DNA of 64,000 nt from a virus, in IMG/VR virus record IMGVR_UViG_3300042398_001307, positions 24,250 through 88,249 of that record; one strand, 5' to 3'. The notes under the pieces are model-generated. The model was given only the letters and a program-made list of their open reading frames with translations. It ran no database searches and was not told where the DNA came from. Below, piece after piece: positions 16,409 through 25,986 of this stretch (the stretch's first letter is position 1; the number at the start of each line of letters is the position of its first letter). The position numbers and the translations under genes were made by a program.

Positions 16409-16437
16409 ATTATACTCTTACTTATCGTTATTGTCAA
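16409..16437 (-). promoter_or_regulatory. sigma70-type promoter for the leader
   Basis: TTGACA-17-TATAAT. Confidence 0.85.
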
Positions 16438-16559
16438 GAACTTTTTAAAATTCTTTTCCGGTTAAGTGAAAGTATTTATCATTTAACCGGAATTACTATC
16501 TAATATGTGTATATTTTAACATATTTTGTTTGTTTGTCAAGAACTACTTTTATTTATGT

Positions 16560-16847
16560 TTATTGTTTGACTGCCATAATTTTTTGTACTCTAAAGTATG
16601 GTTTTAAAACATTCATAAAAGTTTTAAAGCTGTATATCCCTTCACCAGGGCCTTCACCTTGAAAAACATTAGCATACCATGAATCTGGGTATTCTGCAAC
16701 AAAAAGATTACCATTTTTAGATTTTTTTACATGGGTTTTTACAAACTTCTGTAATTCAATTGGGATTTTAGTTCCAGTAAACCCACCAAGGTGGATGTTA
16801 ACTGCTGATGGTTTGTATCTATTTTCTATAATTTGATGTATTTTCAT
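16560..16847 (-). CDS. hypothetical protein
   Basis: N-terminus MKIHQIIE. Confidence 0.65.
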   Translation of the reverse strand: MKIHQIIENRYKPSAVNIHLGGFTGTKIPIELQKFVKTHVKKSKNGNLFVAEYPDSWYANVFQGEGPGEGIYSFKTFMNVLKPYFRVQKIMAVKQ

Positions 16848-17458
16848 TATGCTACCAATGGATCTATTATTACTGGGACATTACCACGCATCATTACATT
16901 TCCACTATGTAAATCTGGATATGCATTACTACTGAATACATTGCTGTAAAATAATGCATTTGCAATTTCATACATACCTGGATATTGTTGCATCATTCTT
17001 TTCACATCACTAGTCATTTCATAGTCAGGATCATAGTTTAAACTTATAAAGTATTCTTGAAATGTTTCTAATATCTTATCAACAATATTCCATTCTCCTG
17101 GAGAAATAGGTCTTAATTTTTCCAATTTAACTGCATATGAATCTGGTCCTATTTTAATAATAGGACCTAATCTTTTTGGAAGATTAGGATTGTTTTGATG
17201 TTTTTTAAAGTATTTATAAAACTGTAAGTATGCATCATCATGTTTAAAGACCTTATATATCCATGGATATGAAGGATGTTCATATGCAGAACCATATGAA
17301 CCAGTACCTAGATGTTTAAAGCCATACGTATCCATTATTGCTTCCCATTCTTCCAGTGTTGCATATAGAGGTTTATCCCTTATATCACCACCTAATATTT
17401 CTTTTGCTTTCTTATAAATATCAAATTTCTTATAACCAGTCAATTCATTTATTTTCAT
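16847..17458 (-). CDS. protein-kinase-like protein
   Basis: LGTGSYGSAY P-loop, YKVF, DLHSGNVM, IIDP. Confidence 0.8.
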   Translation of the reverse strand: MKINELTGYKKFDIYKKAKEILGGDIRDKPLYATLEEWEAIMDTYGFKHLGTGSYGSAYEHPSYPWIYKVFKHDDAYLQFYKYFKKHQNNPNLPKRLGPIIKIGPDSYAVKLEKLRPISPGEWNIVDKILETFQEYFISLNYDPDYEMTSDVKRMMQQYPGMYEIANALFYSNVFSSNAYPDLHSGNVMMRGNVPVIIDPLVA

Positions 17459-18069
17459 ATGTAATTATCCATATATTATTCATTATTTATCATATCATGT
17501 AGAGGTGAACGGAGTTCACCTGGTCTTCGCTATCGCTCATCCCATATTCGCTAACGCTCTTAATTCAATAATGATAATAATCATAACATAATAATCAATT
17601 ATATACTATTCATCTAGATTACGAGCACACTTTGCCTTAAGCAGGCAAAGTTAAAAAAATCTACTTCATCTGAGTTGACTTCGACTAGCATTACAACATT
17701 ACCGAGGCGGTCAGCCTGTACCTCTAGTTGCGTCTTTATCTGACGGCGGGTATATATACAAATGCCAGTTTCTTGCATATATCCGTGTGGAATTTATCCA
17801 CTCTTTTAGCCTTAAATTTTCTCTCTTCAAATAGCAAAACCGGTTGTATGAAGGCATATCCGATCATCGTCCTGTTAAGGATAGTTGCTAAGTACTCCAT
17901 TACAGCGTGGAGATTAATGTCCAAGTGGCTTTTCTGCCCTATTTTCATTACACACGAAATAAACCTGTGCTAGTCATAACTGTACTATTGTGCCTGAAAA
18001 ATGTGCCTAAGAATTGCCTAATGAGATGTATTATACTACAGACCTTTGAGATTGTCTAGCTTTATTTTA

Positions 18070-18606
18070 CTAATCGTAATCATCGTCATACGCAGATGGA
18101 TCATCATAATATTTGTAATATCCTTCATTTTCTTTTAATACTCTAATTTTGTCACCCATTTGTATTTGCAACATTGTTAAATGTGATTCTTTTAAAATGT
18201 CAGTGATGAACCATAACGTACCACAGCCGCCGCCGTATGTTTTGATTGGCCCGTGCTTGATACTGGTTTGCTGTAAACTTTCCCTAAGCAATGAACCATA
18301 TTCGGTTATGATTCTAGTAATACCTTTTTCACGATTCTTCAATCTAATTTTATCGTGTTCTGTAAGTTGTGTAATAATAGCAGTATTGCTATCATCGATC
18401 AGTAGCAAGCAATCTTTTATTTTAATCGATCCTTTGGTATGACTAGAATCGGGTCTTTCACGAGTTGACCATTTTACATTACACTCTACGTGATCTACGT
18501 AATAAGAAGTACCCTTTGTTGTTATTATCCACATCGGTATACTACTATCTTCTAAATGTTTCTTATTAAAATGAAATAATAAATCATCACACTCTAATTC
18601 TATCAT
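18070..18606 (-). CDS. hypothetical protein
   Basis: Probable start MIELEC. Confidence 0.65.
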   Translation of the reverse strand: MIELECDDLLFHFNKKHLEDSSIPMWIITTKGTSYYVDHVECNVKWSTRERPDSSHTKGSIKIKDCLLLIDDSNTAIITQLTEHDKIRLKNREKGITRIITEYGSLLRESLQQTSIKHGPIKTYGGGCGTLWFITDILKESHLTMLQIQMGDKIRVLKENEGYYKYYDDPSAYDDDYD

Positions 18607-18729
18607 AATTTTTCCTTGAATAATTTTTGGCATAAAAAAACCCAAGCCATCTTGATTGCTCAAGACAGTACTTGGGTAAAAAAGGAGTTTTTTAAATTTT
18701 TAAAAAATCTTGTAATCTACAACATGATA

Positions 18730-19116
18730 TTAGATCAAAGATTTATATAATGAACCAGACAATTGGAAGTTTGATTTCCAGCCCCATTCATCTAACACTA
18801 ACTGGTTAAAAGTTGTGTCATCTAACTCAATAATATCTTCGATACTCAATTCGAGCATTCTGATAGCACGGGTGTAGCTTTGTTCATACGAATTGGGAAC
18901 TGCTGGCAAGTTTTTAACTTTTGCAATGCTATCTAATTCACCGGTATTAACCAGTTTCAAGTTATTTTTAGTGATAACTACAACTGCTTTTTTAAAATCT
19001 TCGACAGATTCGATATATTCAGCAATGTGTTTTTCTTTGTTTTCACGAACTACTGCTAGTAATTCTTCTCTTTTGATTTTTACTGTTTTCATAACATTAT
19101 TTTCAATGTTTCTCAT
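18730..19116 (-). CDS. hypothetical protein
   Basis: 128 aa ORF, YTRAIRMLELS..FNQLVLDEWGWK. Confidence 0.75.
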   Translation of the reverse strand: MRNIENNVMKTVKIKREELLAVVRENKEKHIAEYIESVEDFKKAVVVITKNNLKLVNTGELDSIAKVKNLPAVPNSYEQSYTRAIRMLELSIEDIIELDDTTFNQLVLDEWGWKSNFQLSGSLYKSLI

Positions 19117-19131
19117 AATAAAATGGAATAG

Positions 19132-19206
19132 TGGTGCGCTTGATGGGATTCGAACCCATTATCGTAAGTTTTAGAGGCTTTTGCTATACCAAGCAGCTTC
19201 AAGCGC
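19132..19206 (-). tRNA. tRNA with CTA anticodon (probable amber suppressor)
   Basis: Perfect acceptor and T arms, loop CT-CTA-AA, weak anticodon stem, ACCA. Confidence 0.65.
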
Positions 19207-19241
19207 GAAATTATAAAAATAGTAGGGATTTCTCCCTACTA

Positions 19242-19595
19242 GGTATTTTTGGTTATAAGGTATTTCCTACCCCAGAACTCGCTGGATATTAAGCAGCGAT
19301 AGCATCAAAGATGCCATCTACAGTGTAGAATTCAAATTTTGTATTTGCTTTTGCATTTACTTTAAATGCTTGATTTACGGTCATCGCCTACCGATTCTCC
19401 AATGTTCTTTTATCCAGCAATCGAATCTAAGTCAGGCCCATTATAAAACATATTAGCACTTCCCTTTTAAGGGGCAGGAAGTTTATGGCTATGGCCCCAC
19501 TCTGATACCTCTAATATGTTTTATGGTGGACCTGGCGATGTTCTGCCCATCGCGTCTTACCAAACTATTACAACATCTTCAACGAATTCTTTAAA
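19242..19595 (-). ncRNA. ssrA: permuted two-piece tmRNA
   Basis: Acceptor piece ends CAGGTCC-ACCA (19524); coding piece starts GGGCCTG (19439) with G3-U70; tag AKANTKFEFYTVDGIFDAIAA*. Confidence 0.88.
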
Positions 19596-19603
19596 TTACA
19601 TGT

Positions 19604-19631
19604 ATTATACTACATAAAAAACTTTTGTCAA
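19604..19631 (-). promoter_or_regulatory. sigma70-type promoter of the tmRNA
   Basis: TTGACA-16-TATAAT. Confidence 0.8.
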
Positions 19632-19788
19632 GAACTATTTTCTTTTTACACGTGGTTTAATTCTTGGTTTACCGGTTAATGAGTTGTTTCTGCTTCTAGC
19701 CATTGTAAATACCTCTGTTGTTTAAGATGGGTTTATTATACATCAGCCAAACGTGATGTCAAGCATTTTTTAATAAATACTACTATTA

Positions 19789-20238
19789 ATGGAGAAGGTT
19801 GTGGATATAGGAATACCAAATTTTGATTTTTTTAGTCTTGTGCAACAATGTGGGTTTCCTATTGCATTAGCTGTGGTATGTGGATGGTTTGTTATGCAAG
19901 CAATCCAGTTAGTACTTGGGTCTGTTGTAAAATCCATTAAGAAGATGACATTTTTAATTAAATCAATGGATGGACGTGTGAAACAGATGAATGTTGATAT
20001 TATTGAGATTGATAAATTGATTTCACAAGCATTGAATGTTCAATCATTGCCAGAAAAAATACATCATGAAGTAGCTGCAGTTATGAATAGTCATGATGTG
20101 AAACAACCGATACCAACTAAACCAGTGCCTGATAATCCTAAAAAATCAATCCGTGAGAAATTTAAAAATGCGGTTGATAATGTGATTGATAAAAATGTTG
20201 ATTCAATCGTAGAAAAAGTAGAAGGAATTACAAAATGA
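19789..20238 (+). CDS. membrane protein (GFPIA paralog 1)
   Basis: One TM helix followed by coiled coil. Confidence 0.7.
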   Translation: MEKVVDIGIPNFDFFSLVQQCGFPIALAVVCGWFVMQAIQLVLGSVVKSIKKMTFLIKSMDGRVKQMNVDIIEIDKLISQALNVQSLPEKIHHEVAAVMNSHDVKQPIPTKPVPDNPKKSIREKFKNAVDNVIDKNVDSIVEKVEGITK

Positions 20239-20516
20239 GCCCAGAATATATAAAATTTTTTTCTGATACAATAACCCCGATTCTTGGTAGTTGTGTGTTA
20301 GGTGCGTTTATATTCACTGCATTAAAATTTGTACTTGGTGATGTAATTACATCTGTTAGGACATTTGCTAGTATAGTTACTGCATTGGAGAACAGAGTAA
20401 GAATAACATCTAATGAATTGATTAAAATTGATGTTACAGTTTCTGCAAAACTGGGATTACGCCCTGATTTGGACAGAATTGCGAGATCAGTTAGAGATGA
20501 TTGTAGGAGAGATTAA
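20235..20516 (+). CDS. membrane protein (paralog 2)
   Basis: TM helix, LENRV..NELIKID, DLDRIAR. Confidence 0.7.
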   Translation: MSPEYIKFFSDTITPILGSCVLGAFIFTALKFVLGDVITSVRTFASIVTALENRVRITSNELIKIDVTVSAKLGLRPDLDRIARSVRDDCRRD

Positions 20517-20807
20517 ATGGATATAACACAAATAGCAGATATTATAAATCGTTATGGATTTCCAATAATTGCCGCAGGATATATGTTGAAAATGGTGAAA
20601 TATGTTTGGGATTTTACAATAAATGAGATTAATCCGGTACTGGTAGATGCAAATAAAGAATTAATTTCACTAATTGATAAAATTCGTCTAGTTGATGCGG
20701 ATTGCCTTCGAATTACTGCAAAATTGAATACAGTTCTTCAAATGCGAGAGAATGCACAAAAACAACCGGTGGAGAATGAATCAAGGGGTAGTAATGAGAG
20801 TAAGTGA
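20517..20807 (+). CDS. membrane protein (GFPII paralog 3)
   Basis: INRYGFPIIAAG, LIDKIRLVDAD. Confidence 0.7.
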   Translation: MDITQIADIINRYGFPIIAAGYMLKMVKYVWDFTINEINPVLVDANKELISLIDKIRLVDADCLRITAKLNTVLQMRENAQKQPVENESRGSNESK

Positions 20808-21183
20808 AGTAATTTCTGATAAAACCTCAGATATGGCTATAAATGAATTAGTAAGATATGTTAATGAAAAGTGGAATAAAGTTGGCTTACAGGTTGATTT
20901 TGGCACACATTTTGGTCAAAGAATAAATGACGAGCGTAATAATCCACCGATTGATGTTAATGAAGTTGCTAAATTATTTGATAAGTTATTTATTAACGCT
21001 GGTAAAGCAATTTCAAGATTGCCGATTGGATTTAAATCGGTAATGAATGATCCAGATACCAACATAAATGTAATGTTTGTAATAGTAGAGGCTGGAGGGC
21101 ATAAAGAAGTTATGTTAACCTCGATTATTAGAAAAACAAAATTTAGATCGAATACAAAAGTGTTTAGAGAATATAAGGGATAA
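20794..21183 (+). CDS. hypothetical protein, possible RelE/BECR-like RNase fold
   Basis: HFGQRINDERN motif; probable start MRVSEVISD. Confidence 0.45.
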   Translation: MRVSEVISDKTSDMAINELVRYVNEKWNKVGLQVDFGTHFGQRINDERNNPPIDVNEVAKLFDKLFINAGKAISRLPIGFKSVMNDPDTNINVMFVIVEAGGHKEVMLTSIIRKTKFRSNTKVFREYKG

Positions 21184-21185
21184 CA

Positions 21186-22109
21186 GTGAAATTAAGAGAA
21201 ATGCTTATTGAACGAATATCATTGGCGAGCCATACACCAACTATTTCATCTGGTGTATTTGATCATGTTCGTGGTGTTATAACTAATGTATATAAATTAA
21301 ATAAACAATTGATGAAAACAACAGAATCGCGTAGGCAGATAACCCAACTATTCCAAGATGCATTGGTGTCATCCATTCCAGAGTTATTGACTGGATATGC
21401 AAAAACATATGCTGGTAGTTCGCCACTTATAGTAATAGACGCATTTGAAGCTGTTGGGGTCAATGGTGCATATATTCATGACACTAATACGTTACAAATT
21501 AGCAAGAAATTTATCATTGATTTAGCAAATTTCTATGTTGCAAGAATTAACAGAGAATTAAATGGTGAAGATTTTAGAACATATACACCGTTAATACGAT
21601 CTAAAACTAATGGGATTGCTGTGGTGTTTGTGCATGAACTTACACATTATATTCAGTTTTCAAAATCAGGTAAAGAACGCCCTAGAAGTTATATTTATGA
21701 TAAAGGCCAAGTAAATGATTTCTTAGCAAAAAACAAGTTGGTATCTAAGAAAGATCGGGATAATAACCCCGACTGGGATGAAGATACGAGTTTGCAAAAA
21801 ATTAATGTTTATATAGCAAAAGATGCACTTGATATTAAGAAGAATGTAGCAATATACTTGGGACAGCCGGAAGAAATTGCCGCACATGCACAGGAATTCG
21901 TTGCTGGGATACTTAATCAGATTTCAAAGCTTCCTAAAGATAACCAATTAACCCAAATAGATAAGGTATTAAGATCAGTACATGAAATATCGAATTATTC
22001 AATGATGAAAGATCAAGATAACCCTTCATATAAAAAAGTTTTAAACAGATATTTGAAATCTGTATACCAGGAATTTGATTCGTATAGAGATTCTTTAGAA
22101 TTGCCGTAG
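21186..22109 (+). CDS. HExxH zinc metallopeptidase-like protein
   Basis: VFVHELTHYIQ and YLGQPEEIAAHA. Confidence 0.7.
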   Translation: MKLREMLIERISLASHTPTISSGVFDHVRGVITNVYKLNKQLMKTTESRRQITQLFQDALVSSIPELLTGYAKTYAGSSPLIVIDAFEAVGVNGAYIHDTNTLQISKKFIIDLANFYVARINRELNGEDFRTYTPLIRSKTNGIAVVFVHELTHYIQFSKSGKERPRSYIYDKGQVNDFLAKNKLVSKKDRDNNPDWDEDTSLQKINVYIAKDALDIKKNVAIYLGQPEEIAAHAQEFVAGILNQISKLPKDNQLTQIDKVLRSVHEISNYSMMKDQDNPSYKKVLNRYLKSVYQEFDSYRDSLELP

Positions 22110-22357
22110 GACCGTGACTTTGTTACGAAGGCGATAGGTAGCTACTACCTTTGGAACGCTGATTCGCTACCAGCGTTCCATAAAAAGTAGTTTATATTTT
22201 AGATTGTATCTTACATTTAGATATAATTACATCCCAACTGTAGACTATAAATATTTCTATAAAACTTATAATCGATACACCCAAAATTAGTAATAAAAGG
22301 AACAATGAAAATAGTATTGATAGTGGTGTTAAGCTTTTTCTGTTTCTCATAAGTGTC

Positions 22358-24412
22358 CTACTTGGTTGTTGCTATGTAAATACCATCCCAGTCAGGTGGT
22401 AATTTAGTTTTTTTCATTTGTTCACACCGTTCAATCCATAACTCGTAACTATGAGCCATTTGTCCATCAAACTCGCTCATTAACTCGTTGGACATTTTGA
22501 TAGCTTGATCAAAATGTTGGGAACGATATGCTAATAACATGAAATTATGTTTTATTCTAGCCTCTTCATATGCTGGATAATCAACATTTTCTGTTAATAA
22601 TGGTGTATAAATTTGTAATCCAATTGTTTTACCTTTAACTGCTATATTATCAAGTTCCAATGTAAAAATTTCATCTTTAACTAATTCATTTGTATTAGGA
22701 CCAATGATTAATAACACACCATATGACTTAGTTTGGCCTTCTAGTCTGGCAGCAGTGCTTACTGAGTCACCTAATACATCATACCCAAATTTATCTTTAG
22801 ATCCAATGTTCCCAATCAATGTTTCACCAGTATTAACACCAGCGCCCATTCCAACTGGTGGTCTACCATTTGCAGTAAGTTCAATATTGAAGTCTTCAAT
22901 GGCTTTAATCATTTGTTGGGCAGTTTTCACAGCAGTAATTGCATGGTTTGGGTCATCTAATGGTGCACCATGCACGTGTAAACTAGCATCTCCTATGAAT
23001 TTAATCAATGTGCCGTCATTTTTTAATACTGGTACACTTAATGCAGTCATATAATCATTCATAATTTGGGTAAGACCTTCAACATCATCACCGAACGATT
23101 CACCTAGAGTGGTAAATCCACGTAAATCTGTCATTACAATTGAAAGTTCTTTACGTTCTCCACCTAGTTTAATAAGTTCTGGGTTCTTTTGAAGTTTTTC
23201 TACAATAGTAGGGTTAACATAAGAGCCAAATTGTTTCTTAATCTGCATTTTTTGCAAGAATTCACTTACAAATTTCACTCCATATGCGTGTAAAGATACT
23301 AAAATTACACCACTAACTGGTAATGTTATATCAAACAGGAACAAGTATTCACTAAATGCGTATTTACTGCCAATGATTATTATGGTTATGAGCCCAATAA
23401 CTGATGATAATCCAACATACATCCACCGTGATAGTAATAATACCACAATTCCAGCGAAAATTAATGTTAAAATCTCTAATCCATCGGCATAATCGGGGCG
23501 TTGTATTACTACATTATTCATGATAGTGCCAATTACCGCTGCTTGTACCTCATGTGGAAATACTGCACCTTTGGATGTTGGTATTGGGTTACCGATACCG
23601 GCTGCGGTTGGCCCTACGATAACAACTGATCCTTCTAAATCATGTGGAATGTTGGACAAACTGATACTTTTTGATGTTTGACTCCAATCAATCCAAATTC
23701 GACCTAAAGTATCGGTTGCAATAGGTCCAAATTTTGGAATTCTCATCTTTTCAACACCATATTCATTTAATTTTACTTGAAATGTTGTATCTCCGGTGGT
23801 TGCTAACGCCACTGTTTCTAAACTTAGAGCTGGGAATAGCTTATCAGATACCGAAACGATCAGTGGAATTCTTCTATTTACACCATCTATTTCAGGTAGT
23901 GTGTTTACAGTACCAGTTCCAGTTGCTGCTTCTTCAATAATTGGGATATTTGCAATTATTCCAGGATACTGAATAATACGATCTAGGTATTCTGGTCCAA
24001 GAACGGCTGAACCTGAAATTTTTGGAGTATTTTTTGAAATATCCGATGGTATGTTTGGTAAAATAGTTGGGTAAGTTTTGATAGCATCAGCAAATACGTC
24101 ATCCCCTCCTTGTCTATCCTGTTCCGGCATTAATACATTGAATACAACTAAACCAGCACTATGTTCATATAGGTTTTGGATTATATTTGCGTACACATCT
24201 CGCTTAAATGGCCATTGCCCGTACTTATCTAATGATGCTTCATCAATATTAATTGTATATATTGGGTTTTCAGTAGCTGGTTTTGCTGTTATTAATGTAT
24301 CAAAGTAGCGTAAACGAACGCTTTCTACAAATGATGGATCTGCTACTCTAACACTAACAATGAATATTAGTGTCAGTAGTGCTGTCCATGGACTTAATAG
24401 TATTTTTTTCAT
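22358..24412 (-). CDS. CHASE2-domain class III adenylate/guanylate cyclase
   Basis: GQWPFKR CHASE2 motif, three TM helices, TDLRGFT, KFIGDA, GDSVSTAARLEG. Confidence 0.92.
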   Translation of the reverse strand: MKKILLSPWTALLTLIFIVSVRVADPSFVESVRLRYFDTLITAKPATENPIYTINIDEASLDKYGQWPFKRDVYANIIQNLYEHSAGLVVFNVLMPEQDRQGGDDVFADAIKTYPTILPNIPSDISKNTPKISGSAVLGPEYLDRIIQYPGIIANIPIIEEAATGTGTVNTLPEIDGVNRRIPLIVSVSDKLFPALSLETVALATTGDTTFQVKLNEYGVEKMRIPKFGPIATDTLGRIWIDWSQTSKSISLSNIPHDLEGSVVIVGPTAAGIGNPIPTSKGAVFPHEVQAAVIGTIMNNVVIQRPDYADGLEILTLIFAGIVVLLLSRWMYVGLSSVIGLITIIIIGSKYAFSEYLFLFDITLPVSGVILVSLHAYGVKFVSEFLQKMQIKKQFGSYVNPTIVEKLQKNPELIKLGGERKELSIVMTDLRGFTTLGESFGDDVEGLTQIMNDYMTALSVPVLKNDGTLIKFIGDASLHVHGAPLDDPNHAITAVKTAQQMIKAIEDFNIELTANGRPPVGMGAGVNTGETLIGNIGSKDKFGYDVLGDSVSTAARLEGQTKSYGVLLIIGPNTNELVKDEIFTLELDNIAVKGKTIGLQIYTPLLTENVDYPAYEEARIKHNFMLLAYRSQHFDQAIKMSNELMSEFDGQMAHSYELWIERCEQMKKTKLPPDWDGIYIATTK

Positions 24413-24612
24413 TCTTTTAAGTTATTGAATTCTTTTGTAATATTTTGTATGTGATGAACCATTCGGTTATCTTCATCAAATACCTTAATACTACAACAAT
24501 CTTCTGCTGTACTAGCAAAATTGGTTGCTTCATCTAAAGTTTCAAATTTATGATCAGTAAATTTTAAAACCCCTTCAACCCATTTGTGTAATCTAACTCT
24601 ACAATCAGCCAT
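24409..24612 (-). CDS. hypothetical protein
   Basis: 67 aa ORF with GGAG RBS. Confidence 0.6.
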   Translation of the reverse strand: MADCRVRLHKWVEGVLKFTDHKFETLDEATNFASTAEDCCSIKVFDEDNRMVHHIQNITKEFNNLKE

Positions 24613-24624
24613 TATAATTCTCCA

Positions 24625-25953
24625 TTAGTGGAATAAAAGAAAAACACCATCCACATCGTGTCTATTAGCACCAGAATCACCATCACCCGGTCTAACGATT
24701 ACATTCCATTTTGGGATATCCCCTTTTGGAATAGTTACCAATTGATCATATGTCACAACTGAATCTTTCGGAACTCCATAATTTAACACTAAATCACGAA
24801 TAAATGATTGTAAGGTTGCATCAGAATGCCATGATAATTGTTTAACCGTTTTTTTCGGATTTTTAGGGTCTGGAAACGTATGATAACTTGTATATTTATC
24901 GAACATTGTGACTGGAACAACAATCGAACGTTTCAATTTACCAAACATTTTTTCAAATTCTTTAATTTTTTTGTTTTCTTCGGGTTTTGCACCTTCTGAC
25001 CAGTTCGTGATGAAATTTTTAGGTTTAGATGATAACATTACTCCGGCTATTTTTGTATAGCAATAGAAATTCACGTTTGGAAATTTATTAGCAATATCAA
25101 ATGCAAGGTTAAGGTATTGGTCACTGAAGAAATCACCAGCATCATGCCAACGCACACTAACTTGATAATCTTTTTTACCCCATTTATCCAATTCTTTTTG
25201 AATTTCTGCACTTAATTTGGCAACAAACCCGCCTGGATCATTAATTAAGAAATTTAATGTTTTGCTTGATTTCTCCCAATTGGGATTATACATTACATAA
25301 TTGCCCTTTTTAGCATAACATATCGCTTGGCATCCACCAGCTCCTGGGCAAGTATCAACAAAAATAAATTGATCATTCTGTTCATTTACTGCAACGCCTT
25401 TAAGTGCTGGTAACCCAACATTGAAATATATTTCACCACCCTCGCCAGCAGTGTGTTCCATTTTTTCATTCTGTTTTAGTAAATTTTTTGGACGAGTTTT
25501 GATAATATTCTTTACACTATTTACATCAATTTCAGTTGACCCTTGCATAAATTTTATACTACTACCATGAACAAATGGTTGAGTATAATAATCCTTTTTT
25601 CGCTCCTTTTTATTACGTGGAGCTGGAATATCAGTCCATTGTTGTTTAATGTTCTGATAATCTTGTTGTTTTTTATCTGATTTATCTTTAGATCTTCTGT
25701 GAACTTGATCCGCTTTAACTCTAGTTAAATATTGTTTAAAATCATCATCTGAAACATTTTTAAATGCTGGATCATTAACAAATGGTTCATAATTTGGGTT
25801 GTTTTCTTGTTCTTCATCCAACTCGGATTCAGGATTAGCTAGATCTTCACCTGTTTCACTAGCCAGCCATGATGAAAGAGGCATATAGGTCATGTTGTTT
25901 TTAACTAGATAACCAGATCCTGCATTTTCATATAAAAATTCTTGTAATCTCAT
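24625..25953 (-). CDS. Gp88-like (radical-SAM-like Cys motif) protein
   Basis: TCPGAGGCQAICYAKKG, VRWHDAGDFFS, YCYTK. Confidence 0.7.
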   Translation of the reverse strand: MRLQEFLYENAGSGYLVKNNMTYMPLSSWLASETGEDLANPESELDEEQENNPNYEPFVNDPAFKNVSDDDFKQYLTRVKADQVHRRSKDKSDKKQQDYQNIKQQWTDIPAPRNKKERKKDYYTQPFVHGSSIKFMQGSTEIDVNSVKNIIKTRPKNLLKQNEKMEHTAGEGGEIYFNVGLPALKGVAVNEQNDQFIFVDTCPGAGGCQAICYAKKGNYVMYNPNWEKSSKTLNFLINDPGGFVAKLSAEIQKELDKWGKKDYQVSVRWHDAGDFFSDQYLNLAFDIANKFPNVNFYCYTKIAGVMLSSKPKNFITNWSEGAKPEENKKIKEFEKMFGKLKRSIVVPVTMFDKYTSYHTFPDPKNPKKTVKQLSWHSDATLQSFIRDLVLNYGVPKDSVVTYDQLVTIPKGDIPKWNVIVRPGDGDSGANRHDVDGVFLLFH

Positions 25954-25986
25954 TATTATTCCTTGAAATGTGGTTTGATATTGTAT

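Noticed and set aside
19132-19206. Genome-wide TAG recoding
   Set aside because: Conserved genes are full length under the standard code and TAG terminates several of them
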